NCBI GenBank assembly: GCA_965216565.1
Contig: OZ244170.1
Location: 224,001-288,000 of the forward strand
Length of the DNA stretch: 64,000 nt
Source of the DNA: Bythopirellula sp.
GTDB taxonomy: Bacteria; Planctomycetota; Planctomycetia; Pirellulales; Lacipirellulaceae
Direction: 5' to 3'
Below, one piece after another: positions 41,963 through 52,454 of the stretch (within the stretch, counting starts at the first letter, position 1; every line of letters begins with the position of its first letter). Below the pieces are notes generated by a model, which did not search any database, had not been told where the DNA came from, and worked only from the letters and a program-made list of their open reading frames with translations. The translations under genes were made by a program, and so were the position numbers.

Positions 41963-43126
41963 ATGAAAAAACAGAGGCTATCTAGGTTCATGGGTCGCGA
42001 ATGGAGCACATGCCTCGCATTTGCTCTTGCTGTATTATTTCTAGTAGATAATGCATCTGCTGATTTGGACGTCCTGGTACCTGCCTACTTCTATCCCGTC
42101 AACAACAGCCCCTGGGACGATCTGAACGACGCTGCATCCCAGGTTGAAATTACGGCGATCATGAACCCTGGAAGTGGCCCCGGGAATTCTCAGGATACTA
42201 ACTACGTGAATGCAGTCGACAGCCTTCGCTCGGCTGGAGGGCTAGTAATTGGTTATGTTCACACGTCGTTTGGCACACGGGATCTGAATACGGTGCTTAG
42301 CGAAATCGATGACTACGACAATTGGTACAACATTGATGGGATCTTTGTCGACGAAATGGCAAATAGCGGTCCAGCCGAAAGACTGAATTACTATCGAGAC
42401 ATCTACAACCACGTCAAATCCATTGACCCCAATTGGACGGTCGTCGGTAACCCTGGCACAGACACTCTCGAGCAGTATCTTACTTGGCCCACGGCCGATC
42501 AATTTGTGATATTTGAAGACTTCGGCTCCGCTTACGCCGGTGATACTACTCCAAGTTGGGTGTCCGATTACGAGCGCACTCAATTTGCGCATCTCATCCA
42601 CAGTGAGTCTTCTAATGTAACAATGCAAAGCAATTTAGAATTGGCCGTCACTCGCAACGCCGGTTCGGTCTACATTACCAACGATGTATTGAACAACCCT
42701 TGGGATACATTGCCTTCCTATTGGCAAGCACAAATCGATGCGATCGAGTTGTTCAACAACTCTATTCTAGATGCAGATTTCAATGAAAATGGTACTGTGG
42801 ATAACTTAGATCTAGCCCTCTGGAGCAATGGATATGGGATTTCTAATGACGCAAGCAAATATCAGGGGGATGCGAACGGTGACGGCGTAGTCGATGGAAG
42901 AGACTTCTTGCAGTGGCAACAAGACTACGGAGAAACAGCTCTTTTTGCTGGACACTCAGCGAGTGTGGGAAACCAAGCCAGCGCACAAAGCCTGCCAGAA
43001 CCAAATTGTGCGCAGTTACTAGCTCTCAGTGTGTTCATTTTTAGCATTGTTCTCAGGAGTACTCCTGCGAGTTCTAAACGTGAAGTAGATTTTCGCACCT
43101 CTAATGAGGGCAGACTTCACCAATGA
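41963..43126 (+). CDS. Spherulin-4 family / GH135 alpha-1,4-N-acetylgalactosaminidase-like, PEP-CTERM anchored
   Basis: LVPAYFYP, IMNPGSGPG, GYVHT, IDGIFVDE, NPGT, VIFE and YITND; LPEP. Confidence 0.85.
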   Translation: MKKQRLSRFMGREWSTCLAFALAVLFLVDNASADLDVLVPAYFYPVNNSPWDDLNDAASQVEITAIMNPGSGPGNSQDTNYVNAVDSLRSAGGLVIGYVHTSFGTRDLNTVLSEIDDYDNWYNIDGIFVDEMANSGPAERLNYYRDIYNHVKSIDPNWTVVGNPGTDTLEQYLTWPTADQFVIFEDFGSAYAGDTTPSWVSDYERTQFAHLIHSESSNVTMQSNLELAVTRNAGSVYITNDVLNNPWDTLPSYWQAQIDAIELFNNSILDADFNENGTVDNLDLALWSNGYGISNDASKYQGDANGDGVVDGRDFLQWQQDYGETALFAGHSASVGNQASAQSLPEPNCAQLLALSVFIFSIVLRSTPASSKREVDFRTSNEGRLHQ

Positions 43127-44145
43127 ATGCCATACGTGTTGTGTTCCCCCGTTTGTTGTTTCGAATACTAGCCTTGGTACGATCAATATTTGTTGCTGTT
43201 TGCATAGTTGTTGTTCTTTCAAAATCAGCAATTACAGCACAGAATTCTTTTCTAGACGTTGAAAGTTGGGGATATCAACTCACCGGTTATGACAAACAGA
43301 GTTTCGACCAGCTTGTTAGAGCTCCGTTGGATTTACTCGTAATTGACTTAGCCCGCGATGGAAATGAAGACTTTTTCTCGGCTGCCGACATTCGCTCGTT
43401 AAAGTCTCAAGGGAAATTTGTTCTTGCCTATTTTGAAATCGGTGCCATCGAACAATATCGCCCCGAGTGGCCGGCAGTGCCTGCTGAGCTGAAAGCAGGC
43501 CCGGTAGATGGCTGGCCTAAAGAGCAATATGTGAAGTACTGGGATCCGCGCTGGTGGCCCATCGTTCGCGGCAGAATAGATCGTTCGCTCGAAGCTAAAT
43601 TCGACGGCGTATTCCTTGACCTAATCACCGCTTATGACGAGATCCCGTTGAGCGTTCCACCTAAGGAAGAACGGGCAACACGCATGGTTGATCTGCTAGT
43701 TCGTATTTCTCGGTATGCTCGTCAGAAAAACAGCGGATTCAAGATCGTTGCTCAAAACTGTCCGGAACTTGCAACCTGGTCATTTTGGACACCCCGTACA
43801 AATCACGACTATCTGAATGCTATTGATGGCATTGCACTGGAAAGTCCTTTCTACCTAGCTCATGACAAGCCTTGTGATGCATCTTGGTGCGAGGAGAATC
43901 GAAGAAATGCTAAAACTATCAAGGAACACGGCAAACTGCTCCTTGGCGTTGACTATGCAAAAAAGCAGTCCGCAATAGAGAATTCTTATTCCATTCAAAT
44001 CCAAGAGGGATTCGTTCCATTTATTGGAGAACGAAACCTCGATGGTTTCTCTAATGGGTTTTTAGATATTGCACAGTCCCGATCAGTAACTACTCGCGCT
44101 GTTGGTGGTAAGTCTTCCAGTAGCTCCTTAGAAACCGCTAAATGA
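43123..44145 (+). CDS. GH114-like endo-alpha-1,4-polygalactosaminidase (TM1410/MJ1477 type)
   Basis: WGYQL, AYFEIGAIEQYR, WPKE, FDGVFLD, QN and DGIALE. Confidence 0.82.
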   Translation: MNAIRVVFPRLLFRILALVRSIFVAVCIVVVLSKSAITAQNSFLDVESWGYQLTGYDKQSFDQLVRAPLDLLVIDLARDGNEDFFSAADIRSLKSQGKFVLAYFEIGAIEQYRPEWPAVPAELKAGPVDGWPKEQYVKYWDPRWWPIVRGRIDRSLEAKFDGVFLDLITAYDEIPLSVPPKEERATRMVDLLVRISRYARQKNSGFKIVAQNCPELATWSFWTPRTNHDYLNAIDGIALESPFYLAHDKPCDASWCEENRRNAKTIKEHGKLLLGVDYAKKQSAIENSYSIQIQEGFVPFIGERNLDGFSNGFLDIAQSRSVTTRAVGGKSSSSSLETAK

Positions 44146-44324
44146 AAATAGAATAAGATGCTGGTAAGAAACAACTTCAATCGCAGATTGCAACGAGAGA
44201 CTTCTTTCTTAGCTAACTATGAATAATACTAGTGTGTCCTAAGTACAATCAGTAGTTTGTCCATTTATTCAAATGAATGAGAGATTAGCCGAGGCGAAGA
44301 TAAGCAACATGAGGAAGCATTCAT

Positions 44325-45368
44325 ATGGTTAAGGTAGGTATTGCTGGAATTGGTTTCATGGGAATGGTGCATTACCTGTCTTACCAAAAGTTGCGGGGCG
44401 TCCAGGTCGTTGCCATCTGTGAAAAGGACAAGGAACGATTAAGCGGTGACTGGCGGAGTATAAAGGGAAACTTTGGTCCAGCGGGAAGAAAAACAGATCT
44501 CTCTAATGTCAAACGATATTCGTCACTCAATGACCTTATAGCTGATCCAGATATCGATCTAATCGACATCACTCTGCCGCCTTCGCTACATGCAGATACT
44601 GCCGTAAATGCACTGCGATCTGGCAAGCATGTATTTTGCGAAAAGCCGATGGCACTCAACCCTCGTGACTGCAAACGCATGAGCACTGAGGCGAAAAAGG
44701 CTGGCAAGTTGCTCATGATTGGTCACGTCCTGCCTTTCTTTCCGGAATATGCCTGGGCACTCAATGAGCAGAAGCGCAATAGGTTTGGCCGTCTCTTGGG
44801 AGGAAGTTTCAAGAGAGTCATCTCCGATCCTACCTGGCTCAAACACTACTGGTCACCGAGTAAGGTCGGTGGCCCCATGCTCGACTTGCACATTCACGAT
44901 GCACACTTTATCCGCCTATTCTTTGGCAACCCTCAGAAGGTGACAAGTCGAGGTCGGCTTCGGAGGGGCGTTGCTGAACACTGGCATTCTCAGTTCGACT
45001 ATGGGGTTAAGGGGCCATTGGTTCAGGCCACAAGCGGTACGATTTCGCAACAAGGCCGAGGATTTGATCACGCGTTTGAAATTCACTTTGAAAAAGCAAC
45101 CCTAATGTTTGAATTTGCAACAATCGGCAAAGAGGCCGGCTATCTTTGTCCACCAACGATACTAACAAGTGATGGCAAAGTGAAGCGACCGGCGTTGGGA
45201 TCGGGTGACCCTATGTTAGTGTTCCAATCCGAACTTAAAGAAGTAGCTAAGTGTATTCGTAACAATACAGACTCTGACGTTCTTAACAGTGGGCTCGCAG
45301 CCGATGCGGTTCAGATTTGTCAGAAACAGACGGAGAGTTTGCTTAAGAGGCGTTTTATCACGATTTGA
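44325..45368 (+). CDS. Gfo/Idh/MocA NAD(P)-dependent oxidoreductase
   Basis: GIGFMG, HVFCEKP and DLHIHD. Confidence 0.88.
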   Translation: MVKVGIAGIGFMGMVHYLSYQKLRGVQVVAICEKDKERLSGDWRSIKGNFGPAGRKTDLSNVKRYSSLNDLIADPDIDLIDITLPPSLHADTAVNALRSGKHVFCEKPMALNPRDCKRMSTEAKKAGKLLMIGHVLPFFPEYAWALNEQKRNRFGRLLGGSFKRVISDPTWLKHYWSPSKVGGPMLDLHIHDAHFIRLFFGNPQKVTSRGRLRRGVAEHWHSQFDYGVKGPLVQATSGTISQQGRGFDHAFEIHFEKATLMFEFATIGKEAGYLCPPTILTSDGKVKRPALGSGDPMLVFQSELKEVAKCIRNNTDSDVLNSGLAADAVQICQKQTESLLKRRFITI

Positions 45369-45498
45369 ATGACATCGCGACAACCATGTGGACCAGATTA
45401 CTTCTTGCAAATTCGAAGAAGAATTTCTATTTGCACCAAACACCTGAACCGTTGACAGCGACTTTGGGAACCAAGTTTTTGGCACATTTTTCGCAGAG

Positions 45499-46923
45499 AT
45501 GAAAACTATGAATAATCATACTGGCAATGAAAACTCCGAATCCCTCGGCCGTCGCGAATTGCTTAAACTGCCTGCCCTCGGCGCTGGACTAGTGGCAGCA
45601 GGCGGTATTGCTGCTTTGGCCAAGGAGAATAATGGACGTGACTCCACCACGTTGCGACAACGAAAGATGCCCGCTCCACCTGCTCAACCTCTCTCATGCC
45701 CGCCGATCGATGAGATACGAATAGGGTTTGTGGGCGTCGGAGGCATGGGCACGAATCACGTACGTAATCTTGTTCAGGTACCTAATGCCGTCATCAAAGC
45801 AGTTTGTGATATCAGACCCGCTCATGCAGAACGGGCAAAACAGATTGTTACCGAGGCTGGGTTTCCTGAGCCGACTCTTTACACCAATGGTGAGCGCGAC
45901 TACGAGAGAATGTGCGCCGAAGAGGATCTCGATCTAGTTTTTACCGCAACTCCTTGGCGCTGGCATGTCCCAGTGTGTGTTGCAGCTATGGTCAATGGCA
46001 AGCACGCAGCTACGGAAGTCACTGCATCACTATCGATAGAAGGTTGTTGGGAGTTAGTAGAGACGGCCGAAAAGCAAGAGAAGCACTGCGTAATGATGGA
46101 GAATTGCAACTACGGACAGTGGGAAATGATGCTTCTGAACATGAGTAGGCAAGGTGTCCTTGGTGATATTCTGCACGCAGAATGCGGCTACCTGCATGAC
46201 TTGAGAGCAATCAAGTTTAGTGACGAGGGCGAAGGCTTATGGCGACGAGAATACTCTAAAACTCACAATTGCAATCTTTATCCCACCCATGGCCTCGGTC
46301 CGGTTGGGCAATGCATGGATATCAACCGAGGCGATCGCTTCGACTATGTGGTTTCAATGAGCAGTCCGTCGCGTGGATTACAGAATTGGGCAGAGGAACA
46401 CTTCCCCGCAGGGCATAACGTTCGTTCAGAAGAATACGAGCTGGGGGATGTGAATGTTAGTTTGATCAAAACTGCCAAAGGCCGGACCATTTACTTGAAC
46501 CACGACACGAATCTGCCACGGCCCTACAGTCGAATAAATATACTTCAAGGCACTAAGGGCATTTTCGAAGGATATCCAAACCGATGTCATGTAGAAGGGA
46601 TTAGCGAGCCTCATGAGTGGGAATCTGGAGAAAAGTTCCTTGCGGAGTATGAGCATCCGCTTTGGCAGAAGTTCAAAGACAAGAGCACAGGCGCTGCACA
46701 CGGGAACATGGACTATTTGGAATCCTATCGGCTCATTGAATGCTTGCACAATGGCTGGCCGACTGATATGAACGTCTATGATGCCGCTTCATTGAGTGCA
46801 GTTGTAGAGCTGACAAAACGATCGGTAGCCCAAGGAAGCAAGCCTATAGAATTCCCTGACTTCACCCGCGATCGATGGAAAACTTGGCAACCTGTAGAAA
46901 TAGAAGCACCGACTTCTGCTTAA
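45499..46923 (+). CDS. GH109 NAD+-dependent alpha-N-acetylgalactosaminidase-like, Tat-exported
   Basis: GRRELLK Tat motif; ATPWRWH, MMENCNY, YLHDL, YPTHGLGP, AHGNMD and FPDFTR. Confidence 0.88.
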   Translation: MKTMNNHTGNENSESLGRRELLKLPALGAGLVAAGGIAALAKENNGRDSTTLRQRKMPAPPAQPLSCPPIDEIRIGFVGVGGMGTNHVRNLVQVPNAVIKAVCDIRPAHAERAKQIVTEAGFPEPTLYTNGERDYERMCAEEDLDLVFTATPWRWHVPVCVAAMVNGKHAATEVTASLSIEGCWELVETAEKQEKHCVMMENCNYGQWEMMLLNMSRQGVLGDILHAECGYLHDLRAIKFSDEGEGLWRREYSKTHNCNLYPTHGLGPVGQCMDINRGDRFDYVVSMSSPSRGLQNWAEEHFPAGHNVRSEEYELGDVNVSLIKTAKGRTIYLNHDTNLPRPYSRINILQGTKGIFEGYPNRCHVEGISEPHEWESGEKFLAEYEHPLWQKFKDKSTGAAHGNMDYLESYRLIECLHNGWPTDMNVYDAASLSAVVELTKRSVAQGSKPIEFPDFTRDRWKTWQPVEIEAPTSA

Positions 46924-47051
46924 AAACACACTTCTTCGTCCTAAGAAACGATTCGAATTGAGATAAGATCGAGATCTATGCATGGATCATCTGATGCAGA
47001 TAGGTTCCGTGTCTAGCATTATTAGAGACTTTGTTTTGGGGAATTGAAGCC

Positions 47052-47909
47052 ATGATTAAATCGATTAGTTACTGGTCAATGAAAGATGGCCTTGCTGGGA
47101 CTCATCCCATTAGCGATGCCTTGCAGCAGGCAAAGTCCTCGGGATTCGAGGGATTGGAACTTTGCATTGGGGTCGATGGGGTTCTCACCCCAGCTACAAG
47201 TCAAGAAGAATGCGAGGAGATCCGTGACCAGATTGAGCAAAGTGGATTGATCGTTGAAACTCTCGCTAGTGGCATGAGTTGGGCATTCAACCCCACTAGT
47301 GATGATCCCGATGTGCGACAGCAGGCAATTGCGATCCACCAAGCAGCGTTGCGGCGAGCAGCTTGGCTCGGTTGTCAAGCGATGTTGTTTGTGCCGGGTG
47401 TGGTTTGTAGTCCGATCGTCCCCGACGAGCGTATTAGATATGATGTCGCAGTTGATCGAGCCCGAGATGCTGTAAGCCAGCTATTGGAAGTCGCCGAAGA
47501 AGTCCAGGTAGATCTATGCGTTGAAAATGTATGGAACGGGTTGTTCTATTCTCCCCTGGAACTCTCAACATTTATTCGATCATTCAAGACTGATCGTCTG
47601 GGTGTGTATTTCGACGTTGGCAATGTCTTGGGGTATCACCAATACCCTCCACATTGGGTTGAATTACTAGGGACACTCATCAAACGGGTACATGTCAAAG
47701 ATTTCCAAGACAAGTTTGATTGGATTGGCGAATACTCCTTCTGTGGGCTCGGGCAAGGCGATGTTCCTTGGGAGGCAACGATGCAAAGCCTGCAACAGAT
47801 TGGATACGATAGCACGGTTGTTGCGGAAATGCTTCCCTACAGTGAAGGGCTGCTTGAAGAGACAAGCCAAGCATTGGATAAGATTCTAGGCATCGAGTCT
47901 GTCGCTTAG
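47052..47909 (+). CDS. Sugar phosphate isomerase/epimerase (xylose-isomerase-like TIM barrel)
   Basis: ENVWN, YFDVGN, VHVKD and AE metal ligands. Confidence 0.85.
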   Translation: MIKSISYWSMKDGLAGTHPISDALQQAKSSGFEGLELCIGVDGVLTPATSQEECEEIRDQIEQSGLIVETLASGMSWAFNPTSDDPDVRQQAIAIHQAALRRAAWLGCQAMLFVPGVVCSPIVPDERIRYDVAVDRARDAVSQLLEVAEEVQVDLCVENVWNGLFYSPLELSTFIRSFKTDRLGVYFDVGNVLGYHQYPPHWVELLGTLIKRVHVKDFQDKFDWIGEYSFCGLGQGDVPWEATMQSLQQIGYDSTVVAEMLPYSEGLLEETSQALDKILGIESVA

Positions 47910-47952
47910 AGTTATTCGGCAATCAATAAGAAAAGGATGCGACGGCTTAAGC

Positions 47953-49767
47953 ATGACTCTAACAGCAGTTGACTGGTGCATCCTGATTGGCTTTTTCGTC
48001 TTCGCCCTTGGGATTGGGATTGCCGTATCTAGGCAGGCGGGGAAAAGCTCGAGTGAGTTCTTTCTCTCGGGAAGGAACATGCCATGGTGGTTGCTCGGGT
48101 TCTCCATGGTGGCCACCACCTTTTCAACCGATACACCAAATCTGGTGACTGATCTCGTTAGGGAAAAAGGAGTAGCTGGAAATTGGGCTTGGTGGTCCTT
48201 CCTGATTACTGGAGTTGTTACTGTCTTTTTCTACGCTAAGCTTTGGCGTCGCTCGGGTGTATTGACAGATCTTGAACTCTACAAGATCCGCTACAGTGGC
48301 AGGGCGGCCTCCTTCCTGCGTGGATTTCGAGCACTCTATCTAGGTGTTTTCATCAACATCTTGGTCATGGCGACTGTCACCGTGGCAGCAATCAAGATTG
48401 GTGAGACGATGTTGGGCTGGAACCGATATCAGTCTGTCGTGACTGCTATGGCGGTAACAGTAGTATTCAGCTCGATGGGCGGATTCAAAGGAGTCATTCT
48501 GACTGACTTTGTGTTGTTCATACTTTCGATGGTTGGTTCTTTTGCTGCGGCATATTTTGCGTTGCAACATGAAAGTGTCGGTGGACTTCTTGGTTTATTG
48601 AATCATCCGAATGTGTCGGACAAGCTGGATCTGTTTCCTGATTTGACGCCGGATTCCTCCGCTGAATGGTCTATCTTGTTAAGCCTGCTATTGATACCTC
48701 TACTAGTTCAATGGTGGAGCGCCTGGTATCCAGGTTCCGAACCCGGTGGCGGTGGCTACCTCGCCCAACGGATGCTCGCTGCAAAAGATGAGCGACATTC
48801 GGTGCGGGCCATCTTCTTTTTCCAGGTGGCCCATTATGCGATCCGCCCTTGGCCTTGGATTCTAGTCGCTCTGTGCTCGCTTGCTGTGTTCCCTACGATC
48901 GACGACATTAAAGCGGCCTTTCCCAATGCAGAGAACGTAGCAAATGACAGCGGCTATTCAGCTATGCTAACTTTCCTGCCACCAGGGTGGTTTGGGCTAG
49001 TGCTTACGTCGCTGGTAGCTGCATACATGAGCACAATATCGACGCAACTCAACTGGGGGGCTTCCTATGTTGTCAATGATTTCTGGAAACAGTATGTGGA
49101 GCCAGAGGCCAGTGAAAGAAGATTAGTGTGGGTGGGTCGTCTTTCAACAGTGGTAATGATGGTTCTCGCTGCCGTCGTTGCATTCCAGATTGAGAAAGCA
49201 AGTGATGCCTTTAGTTTGCTAGTGGCATTGGGAGCAGGTACCGGGGGAGTATTGTTGGCAAGGTGGTTTTGGTGGCGAGTTAATGCCATGAGCGAGATTG
49301 TGGCAATTGTCGCTGCAGCCGTTGTTTCGTTGACATTCCAATTCACAGACTTCGGAACTGCTCTCACTGACAAGCTTGGTATTTGGTCGATTGCGGTCCA
49401 AGTCGCAATTGTTACATCCTTATGGCTAATAGCAACTTTTGCGACTAGCCCCACGGAATTCTCAGTCCTTAAGACCTTCATAGAGCAATGCAACCCGGGG
49501 GGACCTGGGTGGCGGTATGTGTTCGAAGAAGCAGCTCGCCGAGGTGAGTCGATATCGCCAAGTGCGCAAGGAATCAACTTTCCACTCAGCATTCTCGCTA
49601 CTGTACTAGGCTGCATACTGGTTTACGGCACACTTTTCGCAACAGGGTATTTCCTGTACGGAAGAGAAAGCTTGGGGCTGTTGTGGCTCGGAATCACACT
49701 CGTTTCTGGAGTTGGACTCAAGCTTGTTTGGATCAGAATAGCCACGAGCGATTCGTTAAAAATGTAA
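47953..49767 (+). CDS. Sodium:solute symporter
   Basis: FFLSGRNMPWW, SMVATTF, AQRMLAAK and AAYMSTIST. Confidence 0.92.
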   Translation: MTLTAVDWCILIGFFVFALGIGIAVSRQAGKSSSEFFLSGRNMPWWLLGFSMVATTFSTDTPNLVTDLVREKGVAGNWAWWSFLITGVVTVFFYAKLWRRSGVLTDLELYKIRYSGRAASFLRGFRALYLGVFINILVMATVTVAAIKIGETMLGWNRYQSVVTAMAVTVVFSSMGGFKGVILTDFVLFILSMVGSFAAAYFALQHESVGGLLGLLNHPNVSDKLDLFPDLTPDSSAEWSILLSLLLIPLLVQWWSAWYPGSEPGGGGYLAQRMLAAKDERHSVRAIFFFQVAHYAIRPWPWILVALCSLAVFPTIDDIKAAFPNAENVANDSGYSAMLTFLPPGWFGLVLTSLVAAYMSTISTQLNWGASYVVNDFWKQYVEPEASERRLVWVGRLSTVVMMVLAAVVAFQIEKASDAFSLLVALGAGTGGVLLARWFWWRVNAMSEIVAIVAAAVVSLTFQFTDFGTALTDKLGIWSIAVQVAIVTSLWLIATFATSPTEFSVLKTFIEQCNPGGPGWRYVFEEAARRGESISPSAQGINFPLSILATVLGCILVYGTLFATGYFLYGRESLGLLWLGITLVSGVGLKLVWIRIATSDSLKM

Positions 49768-50166
49768 TCAGCGAATAAGTAGAGGATACTGTTTCTACTT
49801 GAAACTCTTTTAAACGTTTTATTACCAGGAGCTTTACACCAACGAGACTGAGTCTTCTGCCTTAAGATTTACTCCTTAGTCGCGAATACCATAGGTCACT
49901 GGTGTGGGTGACATCTCCAGGTCTATATGTGATCTAATCGCATGCCTTCACTAGAGGCAGGCGGAAGCTCAGGTTCTGTTAGACTAGCCCGGCATATAGT
50001 TGTCCGTGGAAGTTAGCGAAATCCTAACTTATATGTCACAAGGAATACTTGCTACAGCTGACATGCCTGAAAGTGAACCCCCGAGTGGTGCGACAACTTT
50101 CTATTCTTGGGCCACTGACGAGCATGCGTTAACTCACACCTCTGCGTCGAACAAAGAGGCTTTTGA

Positions 50167-50493
50167 CGCACGGGTTGCCCCATTCCAAGCGTCCAAACGC
50201 GATTACCCAAGACACGTTGGCTTCATTGTCCCGGGCACCCTACGAAACTCCGGGCTCACCATGATTTCCTCCAGCATCAAATCAAGCGATGCAGCTCAAG
50301 AGTCAACGCGGGTACCAGATGAGATTGATCTGTGTGTAATCAATCGATTGGAAGAGTAGGCTCATGGTCATGCGGTTGAGCCTATAATACGAACGAGGCA
50401 TTTGCGTTTGATCTGCATGGCACTCTGGATTGATACTCCAGTGCGATACAAAAATATGGACCGTCGTAAGTCCGCTGTTTGCAAAACATTAAG
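50167..50493. repeat. Conserved island right end R2 (copy B)
   Basis: Near-identical to 31217-31545. Confidence 0.93.
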
Positions 50494-50579
50494 TAGCCGA
50501 GGCGGGACTCGAACCCGCACGGGGGTTACCCCCCACTGGATTTTAAGTCCAGAGCGTCTGCCAATTCCGCCACTCGGCC
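50494..50579 (-). tRNA. tRNA-Leu(UAA), CCA not encoded
   Basis: Cloverleaf: GGCCGAG/CTCGGCT acceptor, CTGGA-CTTAAAA-TCCAG anticodon arm, long variable arm, GCGGG-TTCGAGT-CCCGC T arm. Confidence 0.96.
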
Positions 50580-50747
50580 TGAGTGATTGCTCGATAGGTA
50601 TTTCGTTGTGCTTCTTGCAAACGTATTTCGCCTTCTGCGTCGTTCCTTAGGTCTACAAGTTACTTGCTGATTGTGGTTTCGCCAACGACAGAAATCTTCC
50701 TTCAATATATTTTTCTTGCTGGCGGCCATGACCCCAGGGACTTTAGA

Positions 50748-52304
50748 TCAGACTGATTCCCGTTTTTCTGGCATGGCCTGGCTAGAACCGATCTCAATGC
50801 GGTTGATGGCGTTTAGGAATGCGCGGGCACCTGCTTCTACCGTATCGGTCGATACGCCCCGCCCTCGATAAATTCGGCCGCCGTATTCGACTTCTACAAT
50901 GGACTCGCCCTGGGCGTCTTTGCCGCGGGTGGCACTTTGCACTCGGAAGTCACGAACCACTACCGACTTGTTCGTGATCTCTTCGATTGCCATGAAGAGT
51001 GCGTCCAAGGGACCATCGCCGCATTCCAACGTGGCGGAATGGGATTCATCGGCACTGACAAGCGTGATCGTTGCCGAGGGGGAGCGGCCGCTCGTGGCTT
51101 GAATCTCGTAAGACTCGAATTGCCATTGATCGACATCCTGGGTATCAGTGCGTTCGATGAGCGCCGCGATGTCTCCATCGTAGATCTCTTTCTTTTTGTC
51201 AGCCAACTCCTTGAATTGCTCGAACAAGCTATCCAGTTGCTTTTCGTCAATATGGTAGCCCATTTCGCGCGCCTTATCGGCAAGCGCGGCTCTGCCGCTA
51301 TGTTTGCCCAATACGAGGTCAGTTTGCGAAAAGCCGACGTCCTCGGGACGCATGATCTCGTAGGTAGTTCGCTCCTTGAGCATGCCGTCTTGATGAATTC
51401 CCGCCTCGTGGGCAAAAGCATTGCGACCGACGATTGCCTTGTTTCGCTGCACGAGCATGCCGGTGATGTTCGATACGAGACGACTGGTGGGCACAAGTCG
51501 GGGGGTGTTGATCCTCGTCTCTGCCTGGTAGTAGTCTCCGCGGGTGCGTAGCGCCATTGCCACTTCTTCAAGGGAACAATTCCCTGCCCTTTCACCGAGC
51601 CCGTTGATTGTGCACTCGATTTGGCCCGCCCCGTGCTCGACGGCAGAAAGGCTGTTAGCTACCGCCAAGCCAAGGTCGTCATGGCAATGGACACTGATGA
51701 CTGCCTGGTCGATGTTGGGAACGCGATTCATTAAGTTTTCGATCACGTTGGCAAAATGCGCTGGTGTGGCATAGCCGACCGTGTCGGGAATATTGACGGT
51801 TGTCGCGCCGGCGGTAATAGCCGCTTCGACTACTTTGCATAAAAAATCGATTTCCGTACGTGCCGCATCTTCGGGAGAGAATTCGATGTTATCGCACAGT
51901 TTCTTGGCACGCGTCACTCCCGCCACGGCTCTGCGAATGATCTCTTCCTTATCCATGCGAAGCTTGAACTCCCGATGAATGGCGCTCGTCGCGAGAAACA
52001 CATGAATGCGAACGTCGTCGCCACTCTTTAGTGCTTCCCATGCGCGATCGATATCCTGATCGCGACAGCGGGCCAATCCGCAAATCGTTGCGCCGTGGAC
52101 CGTGTTGGCGATTTCTTGGACTGCGTCGAAGTCCCCAATGGAGGTGATTGGGAATCCGGCTTCGATGACGTCCACACCCAAATCGACCAGAGCCTGAGCG
52201 ACTTCGATCTTCTCGCTGAGGTTCATGCTGCAGCCCGGCGACTGCTCGCCATCGCGCAAGGTCGTGTCGAAGATGGTTATGCGACGTGGTTTGGAGGAGG
52301 ACAT
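50748..52304 (-). CDS. leuA: 2-isopropylmalate synthase
   Basis: DTTLRDGEQ, HCHDDLG, GERAGN, HEAGIHQDG and the C-terminal regulatory domain. Confidence 0.96.
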   Translation of the reverse strand: MSSSKPRRITIFDTTLRDGEQSPGCSMNLSEKIEVAQALVDLGVDVIEAGFPITSIGDFDAVQEIANTVHGATICGLARCRDQDIDRAWEALKSGDDVRIHVFLATSAIHREFKLRMDKEEIIRRAVAGVTRAKKLCDNIEFSPEDAARTEIDFLCKVVEAAITAGATTVNIPDTVGYATPAHFANVIENLMNRVPNIDQAVISVHCHDDLGLAVANSLSAVEHGAGQIECTINGLGERAGNCSLEEVAMALRTRGDYYQAETRINTPRLVPTSRLVSNITGMLVQRNKAIVGRNAFAHEAGIHQDGMLKERTTYEIMRPEDVGFSQTDLVLGKHSGRAALADKAREMGYHIDEKQLDSLFEQFKELADKKKEIYDGDIAALIERTDTQDVDQWQFESYEIQATSGRSPSATITLVSADESHSATLECGDGPLDALFMAIEEITNKSVVVRDFRVQSATRGKDAQGESIVEVEYGGRIYRGRGVSTDTVEAGARAFLNAINRIEIGSSQAMPEKRESV

Positions 52305-52380
52305 TCTTTTGGGTCCATAGTCTATTGTCCGTTTTGGGAGCGCTTAGATCGTTGCAACGGACAACCTGCAATGATCCAGT

Positions 52381-52420
52381 AAAACAAAAAAACCCCAAGG
52401 CCGGTTTGGGCCTTAGGGTT
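52381..52420 (-). terminator. Attenuator terminator upstream of leuA
   Basis: Minus strand AACCCTAAGGCC-CAAACC-GGCCTTGGGGTT followed by a T-run. Confidence 0.88.
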
Positions 52421-52454
52421 CTGAAATCGTTCTCGTTGTGTAACTGTACGAACC

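Larger units (their letters stand above)
31604..50551. mobile_element. Island B (18948 bp): integrase-less tRNA-Leu island carrying an amino-sugar polysaccharide utilisation locus
   Basis: R1 ... cargo ... R2 + tRNA 3' half, the same layout as island A. Confidence 0.85.

Noticed and set aside
50937..51595. 200-aa alternative-frame ORFs over leuA (and 18655-19338 over the kinase)
   Set aside because: Antisense or off-frame shadows of GC-rich coding sequence.
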